Notes: generated by a model not told the origin, from the sequence alone. A stretch of DNA of 64,000 nt from Octopus sinensis (GCF_006345805.1 NC_043018.1:29450001-29514000), one strand, 5' to 3'. Counted from the first letter of the stretch, positions 1-12,720 are shown. Made by a program: numbers and translations.

Positions 1-4
1 AGCC

Positions 5-11
5 ATTATTA

Positions 12-68
<57 letters not shown>

Positions 69-88
69 TATTATTATATTTATTACTA
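5..88. repeat. (ATT)n microsatellite
   Basis: Direct reading of the sequence. Confidence 0.95.
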
Positions 89-917
89 TTTACCAGAAAT
101 ATATGTGTTTTTCTCTTTCTCTGCTTATGCATATATATATGTACGTTTGAAACTAAATAAATGCGAATCGAAATCGTAAGAAAAGAGACGTTTTCGAAAT
201 AGATGTGTATAAAATCAGACATTCTAATTTCGATTCACAAGAGAAATATATAAACATACAATAAAATTATATTGCGTCAAAGACAATGTGATACCAAGTA
301 TTATGTAAAGTTGCTACCATTGCTACTATCACTAAGATAACAGCATGTGATTATTGCATTGTCTTAAGTCGTATATAAATGAATAGATATTAATTGTTGT
401 ACTGTTAGTTTTCGATCATTTTCTTCTGAACCAATTGGTAGCCATACGTTATTTTGAATGATATATGCTTATTTAATTGCCTAAATGATCTCGCTACTTG
501 ACAGAATTTGTCTACGATGGTAACTATCTTTATTGAAACATTACTATAATATTATAGCATTAACGATTAAAATCAGACATAATGATGCTATTGTGTACTA
601 TATCCTCAATGAAATTGATAATCTATGTTATATTGGATTTTTGTGAACAATAATATCTCATTGGTTCTCAGTCACCAATTATGCATCTCTCGTTGGTTTA
701 CAGCAACTGGTATGGCAGCTACGATACTACGAGTGATTATTTGTTTAATGCGGTGCTAATGGGGATTACGATTGAAAATAGGAAGATTTAGGATAGAATT
801 GGAAAAGATAACATATGAGAATTAGGAGCAAATGTAACAGTTAGTGGACATAACTTCTTATCAATTTTATTTAAATTAAAACACAGAAAAAGTAGACATC
901 CTCACTTTCCTCGTCAA

Positions 918-1195
918 ATGATAGAAATATCTTACTCTCAAAATTGGCAAATGTTGGAATCCGTGGAAAACTTCTACACAGGATTGAGCATTTCCTGGCG
1001 AATAGAACACAACATGTTATGGTCGATGGAGTCCACTGAAGCCCAGAAAAAACACCAGTGGTGTCCCTTGGGGGACTGTCTTGGTCCCTCTCCTCTCTTT
1101 GTAATCTACATAAACGACCTTTCCAGTGTCATAGAACATTGCAAAGTAAAAACTATTTTCTGATGGTACTGAGCTCCAGGAAGAAGACCTAACTC
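918..1195 (+). mobile_element. Degenerate CR1/L2-type LINE reverse transcriptase fragment
   Basis: Frameshifted manual translation: DRNILLSKLANVGIRGKLLHRIEHFLANRTQHVMVDG..TSGVPWGTVLVPLL / FVIYINDL..CKVKLFSDG, matching the RT GVPQGSVLGPLLF-IYINDL-LFADD motifs. Confidence 0.85.
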
Positions 1196-1199
1196 AACT

Positions 1200-1320
1200 C
1201 CAGTCTGATCTATATTGAAGAAATTGATGAGGACTTGACCGGATAGGAATATGCCTCTGTTCAAATCTTTCAGACAGATCCACACAGTCTCTTTTGCCAC
1301 AGCCACTAAGCAGAGAAATA
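1200..1320 (-). mobile_element. Short remnant of Tx1-like ORF2 C-terminus
   Basis: AVAKETVWICLKDLNRGIFLSGQVLINFF aligns by eye with AMAKECIWWTRLKGLETNTFLSGQSLINFF of the 19215-19832 ORF. Confidence 0.7.
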
Positions 1321-1329
1321 TATGTCTTC

Positions 1330-1530
1330 CTTCTCTACTAAGGGATGGTAATACAGTTCTATATTTAAGAGATGCGGAATTATTTACATTATTTGCATTT
1401 GACGGATATTGTCCTCATCTTGTTTCTTGTTAACACGTTTCGGCTGATATACCCGCCAGCCTACATCAGGTGACTTGGGGAAATTTAGAACCTGGATTCT
1501 CATTCCTAAGGTATTTTTCGAAGTTATTAT
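1330..1530 (-). mobile_element. Penelope-type pseudo-LTR fragment with decayed minimal hammerhead (1431-1474)
   Basis: Minus strand reads cac-CTGATGT-a-GGCTG-gcgggtatat-CAGCC-GAAAC-gtgtt: core with A9 changed to T, perfect 5-bp stem II. Confidence 0.6.
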
Positions 1531-3699
1531 TATATATGCCATGCAACCTGGAAAACGATCAGCATGAATCGAAAAGGTTACTCAATTTATTTTTTTTATT
1601 ATATCTTGGTCGATAACACCAATCCGAGCACTTGACTGTTACTTTATTTTATCGATAACGAAACGATGAAACTGGAAGTTGTCTCAGACTAGATTTGAAC
1701 TTAAAATGTAGAGATACCGTTAAGCCTTTTCTCCAACGTCATAACGATTCTGCGATATTGTCTGTCACCTTAGCTTCATTACTGGAGCATGAGAATTTCA
1801 GATATTAATCAGCTTCACAGAATGATACCCATTCCAAACTGAAAAATTGTTTCTGTTATTCTATATTAATGATGCTTACTTAGGCAATTTTCGCTGCTGT
1901 ATCCATAGTTTTTCAATTAATATATCATGGTGAATATGAAGTTTTAACACGTTGACTCACCTTGAACGTTCTACATGGAGTCATCGAAGTTTTTCTCAGT
2001 TGAAGTTGTGTATTATATATGGAACTTGAAAGAATCCAATATCGAACTTCTAATAAAAGATGTTTCATTAGATTTGTTGCTGAAGCTAAAATTATACAAA
2101 CATCGCAAGGACATCAAAGAATTCTCGAATGATATTAAAGAAACTTGAAATATCCAAAGATTATGATCGATACGAAATTATCTCTTCTTTAATAATGTAA
2201 GATAAATGATGCGTAACATATTGTTACTTGTAGAGTAACTACTGGCGTTCTTGTTGATGCTTAACTCTAAGCCAACCTTCACTGTACAGAGCTATGAACA
2301 ATGACATTCCAACCGTGACCATCCTCTTTTAATGTGCGATGTACGACTACATTATCGTAGATGTCCGTTTCTGATTGGAAAATATAAGATATAAATCTAG
2401 GAAAATTTGGCTGCTATTTCAAGCAAGTATGGTAACTATCTTTACGTATGTTAAATTACACTTTGGGTAGATGTGATGTTGTGTCTTCATGCCTTTTCTG
2501 AAAGTGTTATATGCGCTATATCAACGAAAATACAAGACAAATTGCAGCCTAGTTTTATGAGGTGTTCATTAATCGCAAGTAGCGCATAATCAAGCATACC
2601 TATCATTGGAGACGTTCCAGCCGTGACCATCCATTTTTCGTCCTAATTACTGTGTATATAGAGTCCATGGTTTAATGAATCTAAGACTGGTACTTATGTT
2701 ATCGACCCCCAAAATCTGAAGACGCAGTAGACTTCAGTGAGTTTCGAGCGCACAACATCAAGGAGCATTATTACAGATTAAAAAGTGTAAGTGGAAATAT
2801 GTGTTGCTGCCAGCCGATTACGATTCGAAAACAGAAAATTACTGGTACCATATAAACTCTCAATATTCACTGACTAAATTTACAGATGACTAAAAATATT
2901 TGAATCTGTTTCAAGAAAGAAACTAAGTTATGCAATCTATTTTATTCGACATAACGGACGAAATCTGCCAACTTTTATCTTCTTTCAAGTATTCTAGAGT
3001 TAGAAACATCAACAGAGTTTTACATAAAAATAACGCAGTAAATAGATATTTATACTGACCAAAATTCCGCCAGATTTGGCATTGCATTTCATTCTCTTGG
3101 AATCGATAAAACACACACACATTGTATATATATGTGTATATATATAATCGAATTACATCTCAAAAAATGTTGGCCTCGTGCCAAAATTTGAAACACTTAT
3201 TTAACTGATCAACCAACCGCATCAATCAATCAATCTCGAGCGAATATGAGTTGATTGCATATACCATGTTGTCGCTAATTGTCTTAGGTGCCTATTTATT
3301 CGCAAATAGATATGGATATTTTCATGGCGTCCCCACAGTTGAGCTAGTTGTAGAACATCGAGGTTGTGACAGCTTCATGGAGAGGAATGTTATCACCAAC
3401 TGGGCAATGTAGAGTGAAAATAGAGAAATTGCTACGTACAAACCGGTGCAGGAATTAGATCCACCATTTTATGTTAAGGAAGATTTAAACTAAGGAAGTG
3501 AATGTACGTATTAGCAATGCAAATTATTTAATCAAATGATTTACTGATCTTTCTACCGTCTTTTATGTAATACATTAATTAAATCGATATGAATGAAGCT
3601 AAAACTTTAATTAATTGCTTGTAATTATTCATTCGTAAAACTGGAGACACTACGTTATGATCGTCGCGAAATAAGGCAAAATTTGAACTAAGAACATGC

Positions 3700-3870
3700 A
3701 GGGTCGGTTGAAAGGTTCACACAGCCCAGGATACTCTCATGGAATGTGACCAAATAAGGTTTATTTTTCAACATAGTCCCCCAAATCACATGGGATCCAC
3801 ACACTTTTCCCATTGGTGTTGCTGTGCTTGAGTCCCATTAATGAAACTTTCCTCCTGTGTCCAAACGTTC
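3700..3870 (-). mobile_element. Mariner 3' end remnant
   Basis: Minus translation QAQQHQWEKCVD..GDYVEK* resembles the mariner transposase C-terminus; a TIR-like cagggtcggttgaaa lies at the left end. Confidence 0.65.
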
Positions 3871-4690
3871 ATCAACAGCAAATAAAGGTATCACAAGGAA
3901 TATGAACTACCGATTCCGCCATCCACTCAAATTTATAAAACGTTGATTAAAACGATATCAAGTAAAAAGATTCTTTAATTAACATAGCTTGTTAAATAAC
4001 AGACAGAGAGGCAGACAGGCAACATTTTATTTACCAAAACCAATACATTAATAACTGAGTCAGCAGAAAGTTTCGGATAAAATTTAAAATAGAAGCCATA
4101 TAACCAGAAAGGTATTCTTTAGATGAAATTGGCTTAAAATACTTTAAAAAACGGCGAGATTTTCATCAGTTTACAGTCGCGTTTTAGCTTTTCTTTCCAG
4201 TGTTATGAGCAAACCAAGGAAGATATAGCGAGTAGACTGCTTGATGGTTATCAAAAATGTTATTTATGTATCTGTACGTTTTTCTTTTCAATTGTCAGTT
4301 CAAAAATATCAATCTTCAATTTAATGCTTTTTTTTGCTTTTTGCTTTTTGAATAACAAACCAAACTCTAAATAAAACAACGTGCTTTGAGAACTGTTTTT
4401 GTTTTTTCCTTTTTAAATATTATTTCCAGAACTGCCATCTTGACTTTGGATAATTATAATATCATTTTTTGCTGCTTTTTTGTCGTTTGGTGTGTGTGTG
4501 TATTTTCATGTAATTTGTATACATACAGATGCGTACATATATCATTTCCATGTGAATGCGTGAAGGTGACGTAAAGTCTGATTACGAAGATCAGCAAAAC
4601 TGATCTCGGTAGATGAGCTACCACGAAATGATGTAAGACCTCCGGGTAACGCACACACTCACACATACACACACTCTTACACACACACAC

Positions 4691-4741
<51 letters not shown>

Positions 4742-4793
4742 TCTAGACACACATACACATACCTGTATAGAAATATGCACAAGCATTCATTGG

Positions 4794-4850
<57 letters not shown>

Positions 4851-5202
4851 CAAATGTATGTGTACGTACGTATGTGTATATATGCGCTTGGATAAAAAAT
4901 GATTTAAAAGGAAATGTATAAAAGAAAATCCAAACTAGTATAAGAGATCTAAAGTTCTGTGTAAGTGTAAAGTAATACTCAAATTAGCAATAAATCTGGG
5001 AACATAGCATAAATGGAACATGGTTATTTTAAGTGTCATGAACTGATAAAATCAGTAGAGCATCTGAGAAATTGCCATGCTATATTTAATTCCATCTCTT
5101 TACTTTCTGATTTCAAATCACACGAGCATCAACTTTATTGTTCATCCGTCCGGGACCAAAATAAAATTTAGATGAATAATGTAATACAATACCATTGTTG
5201 TG

Positions 5203-5280
5203 AGGCGGCGAGCTGGCAGAAACGTTAGCACGCCGGGCGAAATGCGTAGCCGTATTTCGTCAGCCGTTACGTTCTGATTC
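5203..5280 (+). mobile_element. tRNA-derived SINE family A, head only
   Basis: ggcggcgagctggcagaaacgttagcacgccgggcgaaatgc matches the heads of full copies at 41163 and 42598. Confidence 0.85.
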
Positions 5281-5616
5281 TGTGTGTATGTGTATGTATA
5301 TATGTATACACCCATTATGTCCTGCTAAATTACATTGTCGTGACACTGTCGAAATACTATGTAACACTATCATGCATCTTGTCACCATAATATACAGCAT
5401 GTTATATTAATATCCGGGCTTCTACACTGGCACACATTATCTCAACCCAGAATACATCAAGGTATACTCACACACAAATATACATATTGACATTGGTACT
5501 ACGGTTAAGTACCTATAAACAGAAATTGAACTGAACATTAGTCACATCCGCATAGAGTTTTCCAGTTTGAGTAGAACTACAAGTTGTGATAATATTGTCC
5601 CTCCTTTTGTATATAT

Positions 5617-5845
5617 ATTTCTTTACTACCCACAAGGGGCTAAACACAGAGGGGACAAAAAAGAACGGACAAACGGATTAAGTCGATTACATCGACCCAG
5701 TGCGTAACTGGTACTTAATTTATCGACCCCGAAAGGATGAAAGGCAAAGTCGACCTCGGCGAAATTTGAACTCAGAACGTAGCGGCAGACGAAATACAGC
5801 TACGCACTCCGCCCGGCGTGCTAACGTTTCTGCCAGCTCGTCGCC
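5617..5845 (-). mobile_element. tRNA-derived SINE family A, full monomer with TSD
   Basis: A-box and B-box like head (gagttcaaatt), central cctttcatcctttcggggtcgataaa block, tail ccccttgtgggtagtaaagaaa; flanked by gtcc(c)tccttttgtatata at 5597-5615 and 5846-5863. Confidence 0.92.
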
Positions 5846-5984
5846 GTCCTCCTTTTGTATATAATTAATATACAGACATAGAAATAATCAAGAGTTTTCC
5901 TGGCACCACACACTCGTAAGACTAGTTTTCTGGAGCTTGTGATGTACATGTGTCACACCCGTCCCCCGCTAGACATAACGACAG

Positions 5985-6140
5985 TCCGTAGTAGATTAAC
6001 CAATTTTTGACAGCTGAGTGGACTAGAGCATGGTGGAATGATGTATTTTGCTCAAGAACACAACACATCACCCGGTTAAGGAATCGAAACCACAATCTTA
6101 CGATCATTAATCCACCCCCTAATAACTGATCCACGCGCCT
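5985..6140 (-). mobile_element. tRNA-derived SINE family B (gtgttgtgttcttgagcaa central domain)
   Basis: tRNA-like head (ggtttcgattcc) followed by the same central block as the copies at 8983, 17035, 22989 and 47400. Confidence 0.75.
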
Positions 6141-6559
6141 CCACTATGCATCTAAGGGATCAAGAAAACATTTCCCCTGGACAGGGCGCTATTCCTTTGT
6201 AAGATTACTCACTCTTTCACAGCTTACTGGACTACAGAAACGTAAAACAACCACTACACCCCAATCACTACACAACGAGCCTCCACATAATACAGACATA
6301 AGTTGATTACATTGTCTAATTAATATGTAAATATATAATTCCAAGTCTTGTCTAATTGCCTTTAATTTAATAATTATTTATTTTATACAAATATACATTA
6401 TCTCGACGTATTAGTTCTACTCAAACTGAAAAGTTGTGTCACCCTTTCAGCATCTAATTAATATATCGTCCTGTAGTTGATTACATTGTGCACTACTTAA
6501 TATGTAAATTAATAATTGAATGTCTTGTCTAATTACCATGAAATTATATAATTGTTGTA

Positions 6560-6952
6560 CGTGAGTGTGTGTGTGTGTGTACACGTGTGGGTGGGTTTGC
6601 GTGTATGTGTGTATGGTATTGTGTATGTCTAGTGTATGGTGCACGTGTATATACACCTTCAGTTATAGCCGTATGTACATAACGGAATGTCCTCGAAGGT
6701 CACACTGCTACTACTACTACTACTACTAGTAGTAGTAGTTATAGTAGTAGAGTAGCAGTAGGGATGGTGTGTGAATATGTATGTGTATATAATTGTTTTT
6801 CATGTATGCTTGTAATTTTGTATATCTCTCTCCCATCTCTCCCTGTATCTCTCCATCTCTCTCTATTGATAGACACATATACATACATACACATACACAT
6901 ACATACACATATATGATATATATATATATATATGTATATATACATTATCTAC

Positions 6953-7020
<68 letters not shown>
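6560..7020. repeat. Compound (TG)/(CTA)/(TA)/(CA) microsatellite region
   Basis: Direct reading. Confidence 0.9.
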
Positions 7021-7022
<2 letters not shown>

Positions 7023-7320
7023 TATCAGCATGCCAACAGTGCGACTCGGAAGGATTGTCTCGTCTAATTACCACTTAATTACATAATTAGTCAAATTGGC
7101 TAATTAAAATTAGTATACATTGTCTCAGCAACACAGTGTTTCTGAAGGACGGTGCTAAAATCACCCCCTTCCCGACCATAACCCTGTTTTAACTAAACTT
7201 ATAAGTGTAAAACTCTACATAATACATTGTCACATAATCGTTGTTTATAATTTACTAACCCGAATATTTAACTGGTACACATTGTATTTTTTTTATATAG
7301 CATTCATATTATAAATTTGT

Positions 7321-7770
7321 CTTGCAAGATAACTGATGTGAAACCGTCTGTTAAAACAGATATTGTTGTATTTCGGGTTGGTCATTGCTATTTTTTAACC
7401 AAATAAACACACGCACTATATATTCGTTCTCCACCCGTTTCCTACTGTTCGTATTCTAACTTGTACATTGCCCAGAAATCTTTCATCACATGTATGTGAG
7501 CTCTTCATTGACACTTTCCGTTGTTTTGAGAGAATAGACTAAGCGGAGCAAGAGCACACACATAGAGGGAAAGTGTCGCTGAAGAGGTCATAGGTGTGTG
7601 ACGAAAGATTTCTGGACAATGGACATACATTAGAATAAGAACAATAGTAAACGGGTGAGGAATAAATATATAGTGCGTGTGTTTATTTGGCAAAAAAAAA
7701 ATACATGACCATCCCGAAATACAACAAAATCCATTTCAACACGCGATTTCAGATCAGGTATTTTGCAACA
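7321..7770. mobile_element. Foldback/MITE-like element: ~170-bp imperfect inverted arms, ~105-bp spacer
   Basis: 7321-7490 is the reverse complement of 7597-7770 at roughly three-quarters identity by eye (e.g. ccaaataaacacacgcactatatatt versus tatatagtgcgtgtgtttatttgg). Confidence 0.8.
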
Positions 7771-8044
7771 CACAAAAAAATGTCTATCTCGAAAAACAAT
7801 ATTCATATTATTGTTGTGTTGAATGTTTTATTTACATTGTATATCATAGGGTTCAACGCGATTGTCATGTGATCCGTGGTCCTTAATATAGCTATGAATT
7901 AAGTGTAGTAGAGACTTGAGTATTCTGCCGAACCAGTCCTCTACATAGCGCTGGATGACTTGTTGAAATGCGTCTGTTTTTGTTTCTTTTTCATGTTTTT
8001 GTTTTAATGCTTTGTTGTCTATGTTTAATATTGAGCTCGAATAC

Positions 8045-8270
8045 GGTGGCGAGCTGGCAGAACCGTTAGAACGCTGGGCAAGATGCTTATCAACGTCTCG
8101 TTCGTATTTAAGTTCAGAGTTCAAACTGTGCCGGGGCCGACTTTGCAATTTATCTTTTCCAGGTGGATAAAATAAATACCAGTTGAGCACACTGACGTCC
8201 ATGTAATCGTCTTATCCGCTTCTACCGAAATTGCTGGCCTTGTACCAAACTTTCAAACTAATATTGGGCT
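8045..8270 (+). mobile_element. SINE family A, diverged copy
   Basis: ggtggcgagctggcagaaccgttag head, gagttcaaa B box, central block. Confidence 0.8.
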
Positions 8271-8982
8271 TCTGCCTTCACTGATATGTTATAGCTGCAG
8301 TAGGATTTGATCCAGAAACGGTGACTGACAACTTTAAAATATCTTTTATTTACTTGCACGCTTTTCTCTTCACTTGACTCCATTTTTCAGGAAATTAAAC
8401 AGTTTAGGTTATTCAGAAATTTGCGAAGAGAAACATCTCAGAATGGCCAATGGCACTTTTAATAGAATAGACAAATACAAGTATACCAAATATCATACAT
8501 ACATCATAATATCTTAATTTATCTCATGAATCTAAAATTCTCCAAATTTAATATGCCATTAAGGAGAAGAACGAGCTTATCCTCCGAAGATAATAGGACA
8601 GTCGCGGACACGGGTGTCTGTTTCAATAGCCGCCATTAGTACACTGTTATATGGTATGTGATATACCTGTATTTCCAATGTTGTGCAAATACATGCCCCC
8701 GTCCACTTCGAGCTTTTGTCTTTATGTCATTTTCGTTTGAATAATGTGTTCACCTCTTTTTAGTATTGGGCTAAGTCCTTTGGCTTTCGTATGCGGAGTC
8801 GGAAACGTGTCATGTTGTTGTTGGTTCTGACTCAGAAACACGTGAACGCTTATCTTCAGACAAAAGGTTGTTTTTTTCTTATACGACATGTCAATTTTGG
8901 AGGAATTCTTCAACTTTGAAATAATTTCCCTTTCTCAAATGTAACTAGTCTAAATTATCATTTGGTAATTATACTATATAAA

Positions 8983-9303
8983 GGTGCGTGGCTTAGCGGT
9001 TAGGGTAATCGGCTCACGGTCTTAAGGTCGTGAGTTCGATTCCGGCAGCGCGTTGTGTCCTTGAGCAACACATTTTATTTCACCTTTCTCCAGTCTACTC
9101 AGCTGGCAAAAATGAGTTGTACTTATAATTCAAAGGGCCAGACTTGGCACATTCATATTCACGTTGAGTCTCCCCGAGAACTATGTTAAGGGTACATGTG
9201 TCTGTGGATTACTCAGCCATTTGCACGTTAATTTCACGAGTAGACATTTCCGTTGATCGGATCAACTGGAACCATCGTCGTCGTAACCGACGGAGCACCA
9301 GTA
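8983..9303 (+). mobile_element. SINE family B, near full length
   Basis: gtggcttagcggttagg A box, gagttcgattcc B box, then gttgtgtccttgagcaa..ctccagtctactcagctgg (resembles the Meta/CORE-type conserved SINE domains; not verified). Confidence 0.8.
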
Positions 9304-9317
9304 CAAATCATGCTTTC

Positions 9318-9690
9318 AAAAGTCGTTAGAACCTCAGACAAAACGCTTTGCTGTATTTCTTCCAAATCAACATTTCGCGTTCAAATTTCCCCACGTATGA
9401 CTATTTCTTTATTACGCACAAGGGGAAATATGGGACGCTTACTGCACCTAGGTTTCCCAAGCGGTCACCCATCTAAGTACTAACTAGGCTCGACGTTGCT
9501 TAACTTCGATGATCGGAAGAGAACCGGTGCTTTCAACATGATATGGCCGTAAACTCTTCCACGTATGGACTTTACCTTTCATCTTTTCGAGATGTCGATA
9601 AAATATGTACCAGTTGAGCACAGGAGCCGATGTACTTGACTTAACTTCTTCCCTTACAATTACTGGCTGTGTGCCAAAACTGGAAAGAAT
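9318..9690 (+). mobile_element. Old SINE family A copy interrupted by a 152-bp insertion (9403-9554)
   Basis: Head at 9318-9402, body resumes at 9555; ccacgtatg(g)act is duplicated at both junctions. Confidence 0.7.
9436..9554 (-). rRNA. 5S rRNA: 5S rRNA, dispersed near full-length copy (probably a retroposed pseudogene)
   Basis: Minus strand GTTTACGGCCATATCATGTTGAAAGCACCGGTTCTCTTCCGATCATCGAAGTTAAGCAACGTCGAGCCTAGTTAGTACTTAGATGGGTGACCGCTTGGGAAACCTAGGTGCAGTAAGC; 119 nt, terminal helix pairs; no T-run terminator and no tandem array. Confidence 0.93.
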
Positions 9691-10437
9691 TACGATATAT
9701 CTTCTAAAGGCGGAGATAACTTTTATAAATCAATCATTTATGTCGTATGGTTTGTAATATACTTGTATTTGTTTAAGTTACTCAGGTCAACTCTCAGATG
9801 TTTATGGCACTCCCCCACCACCGTTCTCACTACGATTATAATACAAATTACTTCTTTTTAGCAAGTTTTCAATATGTTTTTTAATTTATTTGTGTATTTA
9901 TATAGCGTCTGGCAAGTATTTATTACCTATCGTTTTTTCTGGTGATTTGTTTCATTTTTTTATTGTTCTTTATTTTGTTATGTCTCATTGTAAAGTTTAG
10001 CATTCTGGTGTATTTATATTTATATTTTATTTTTATATTTGCTTTGTTTTGTTTTGTTATTGAGATAAAATCTTGGGCATTTTTGATTTCATGATTTATC
10101 GGCATATATTTTTATGAACTAAAAACAAAAACTCAGACACAGAAGAAAAACAGAAACAGAGAGAAACAAACAGAGAGAGAGGGGGGGGAGAAAGACGGAA
10201 ATGGAGGGAGAGAAAGAAATAAAGGTAGAGAGGGAGAGACAATGAAGAGAGCTTTTATTTTTTTTACAATGTCATTAGAGGTCTTTGTGAAGTGAAAAAA
10301 CATATTTCAACCATGTACTGAAATCGCGCGCATCGTCGAGGCTTCTCATTCCGCTTCGTAACACTCTCTCGCATAACACTATTAGTAGGTATAATGTGTG
10401 GAAGGTTCTATACACGAGCAAGATTAAAACAGTTTCT

Positions 10438-10853
10438 GGATCATTTCTGTTTGAACGGCAGTTTTTCTAGCGGTGTCATATGAAATTGTCACCCATAATT
10501 ATGACCCTAGTACCGATCTATTGCATTTCAATCTGTTTTAGTCTTAGGGTTAGGAGTGGGGGGAGGGTATCTTCTTTTCTTCATAAATGTAAATAAACCC
10601 AATCTGTTTCTTAAACGAGGGACATATTCATACGACACAGAATGTTTTTTTTACCTCAATAGACGTAATTGATAGGTTGAAATTGCAGAAATTGAAGAAA
10701 AAAACAACAAATATCTTACAAACTATAGAATTTTCTCAATAAAGCCAAGGGACAAAGATGTGTTATAAATACATTCTACCAGTATACGAAGTTTAAAATT
10801 TTTTGGTTACCTAGAAATTATGTTAAAAACTGCCGTTCAAACCGAAAAGATCC
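10438..10853. mobile_element. MITE copy 1 (GGATC TIRs ~29 bp, 8-bp TSD; Merlin-like)
   Basis: TIR ggatc(a)tttc(t)gtttgaacggcagttttt / aaaaactgccgttcaaaccgaaaagatcc; TSD cagtttct / tagtttct. Confidence 0.9.
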
Positions 10854-11134
10854 TAGTTTCTGGTTGTTAATTATCAGAAGCCCATTCAATATATTCGAGA
10901 ATGGAATGAATGACAACTCTAACTTACCATAGTAATATGTCCTTTAAATTTATTCGTATTTATATGAATTCGATATCATTTGCTAGGCATATGGCTTTAG
11001 GACCGAAAGCTCTTCACAGTACTGAGGGTCTTTTTGTAATAACTATGCTTCTTCCGAAAAACCTTAGCGGCAAACTGAATTGAAACTCCTACAAACATCT
11101 ACAATTGATCTCGTAACTTAGAAGAGTCTCTTAC

Positions 11135-11191
11135 AAGGTCCATCGTACAATTGAATGGTTGTTACAGCAAGTAGGTAAAGGACGGCAACTT
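11135..11191 (-). CDS. Possible 57-nt internal exon of an unidentified host gene
   Basis: Strong acceptor ttttttgctttttcactgttcag and donor gtaaga; open phase-1 reading VAVLYLLAVTTIQLYDGP; no protein recognised. Confidence 0.2.
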
Positions 11192-11299
11192 CTGAACAGT
11201 GAAAAAGCAAAAAATCATCCATTGTGACCAAATTTTAAGAAGCAGAAGCATGGAAAATATTATGATGAAAAGAATAGTAGAGAATAGTAGATCAAGAAA

Positions 11300-11730
11300 G
11301 GTGGCGAGCTGGTGGAAACGTTAGCACGCCGGACGAAATGCTTTGCGGTATTTCGTCTGCCGTTATGTTCTGAGTTCAAATTCCGCCGAGGTTGACTTTG
11401 CCCTTCATCCTTTCGGGGATGATGAATTAAGTACCAGTTACGCACTGGGGGTCGATGTAATCGATTTAATCCCCTTATATGTCCTTGTTTGTCCCCTCTA
11501 TGTTTAGCCCCTTGTGGGCAATAAAGAAATAAGAAACGTTAGCACACCCGGCGAAATGCTTACTGGTATTTCGTCTGTCTTTATGTTCTATGTTCAAATT
11601 CCGCTGAGGTTGACTTTGCCTTTCAGAATTTCGGTGTCGATAAGTTAAGTACCAGTTGTGTATTGGAATCGATCTAATTGACTGGAACCCTACCCCAAAA
11701 TTTCGAGCGTTGTGCCTAGAGTAGAAAAGA
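11300..11730 (+). mobile_element. SINE family A dimer
   Basis: Full monomer with long tail to ~11533, then a second unit starting at gaaacgttagcac and ending gtgcctagagtagaaaaga. Confidence 0.88.
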
Positions 11731-11879
11731 ATAGTAGGCAGGCAAAAAACGCAATGGCCGGACAATATCAAAAGCTGGTTGGACAAGAGTAGCAAGGCAG
11801 CTGGAGAACTCGCGCTTAATCGGAGACATCCGTTGTCGCGTCATCAATGCAATGCACCCGTACGACATACAACAATGAC

Positions 11880-12720
11880 GACTACCCAGGCATGTAAACC
11901 TTCGACAGCACAATGCTGGTTGTCGAAACACGTTACTATCAAGTGTTCGTGACAAAAACCAGTAACCATCAGCAATACAGTGACTGTAGGTAAGACATGT
12001 AACCATCGACAGTATAGCGTCCCTAGTCACGATATGCAAACATGAAAGTTAAGACATGTTTCCATGAATATTTATTTATTGCCCACAGGGGCTAAACATA
12101 GAGGGGACAAACAAGGACAAACAAATGGATCAAGTCGATTACATCAATCCCAGTGCGTAACTAGTACTTATTTAATCGATCCCGAAAGGATGAAAGAGAA
12201 AGCCGACCTCGGCGGAATTTGAACTCAGAACGTAACGTCAGACGAAAGCATTTCACCCGACGTGCTAACGATTCTGCCAGCACGCCCCCCTTAAAAATAT
12301 ATTCTTTTCTGCCCTAGGCATAAGGCCAGAAATTTTTGGGGAGGGGGCCAGTCGATTAGATCGACTCCCGCACGCAACTGGAACTCAATTTATCGACCCC
12401 AAAAGATGAAAGGCAAAATCGACCTCGGCAGAATTTGAACACAGAACGTAAAGACAGACGAAATACTACTAAGCATTTCGCTGGGCGTGCCAAACTTTCT
12501 GCAGCTCGCTGCCTTATGTTACCATCATTATTGTAGTATCTCTGGTCAAGACATGTAACCATCAAAATTTGAGTCTGTTGTCAAGACGTGTAACATTTAA
12601 CAGTAGTCTCGGAGCCATGTCAATCAACCTCAAACGCTGCACTGTCTATAATCAAACAATCTTAACTCCGACTGTCAATACACGTAACCACCAAGGGTAC
12701 AGTCTAATTGTCGTCGACAA
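11880..12720. repeat. Degenerate ~33-35 bp minisatellite (gtcaagacatgtaaccatcaacagtatagtct-like) split by SINEs
   Basis: Recurring aagacatgtaaccatc-like units at ~11990, 12050, 12548, 12585 and 12675. Confidence 0.6.
12070..12510 (-). mobile_element. Two adjacent SINE family A units
   Basis: Reverse-complement matches to the family A head, body and both tail types. Confidence 0.88.

Noticed and set aside
8983-9065. tRNA gene calls for SINE heads
   Set aside because: The A/B boxes are followed by SINE bodies and no intact cloverleaf is evident.
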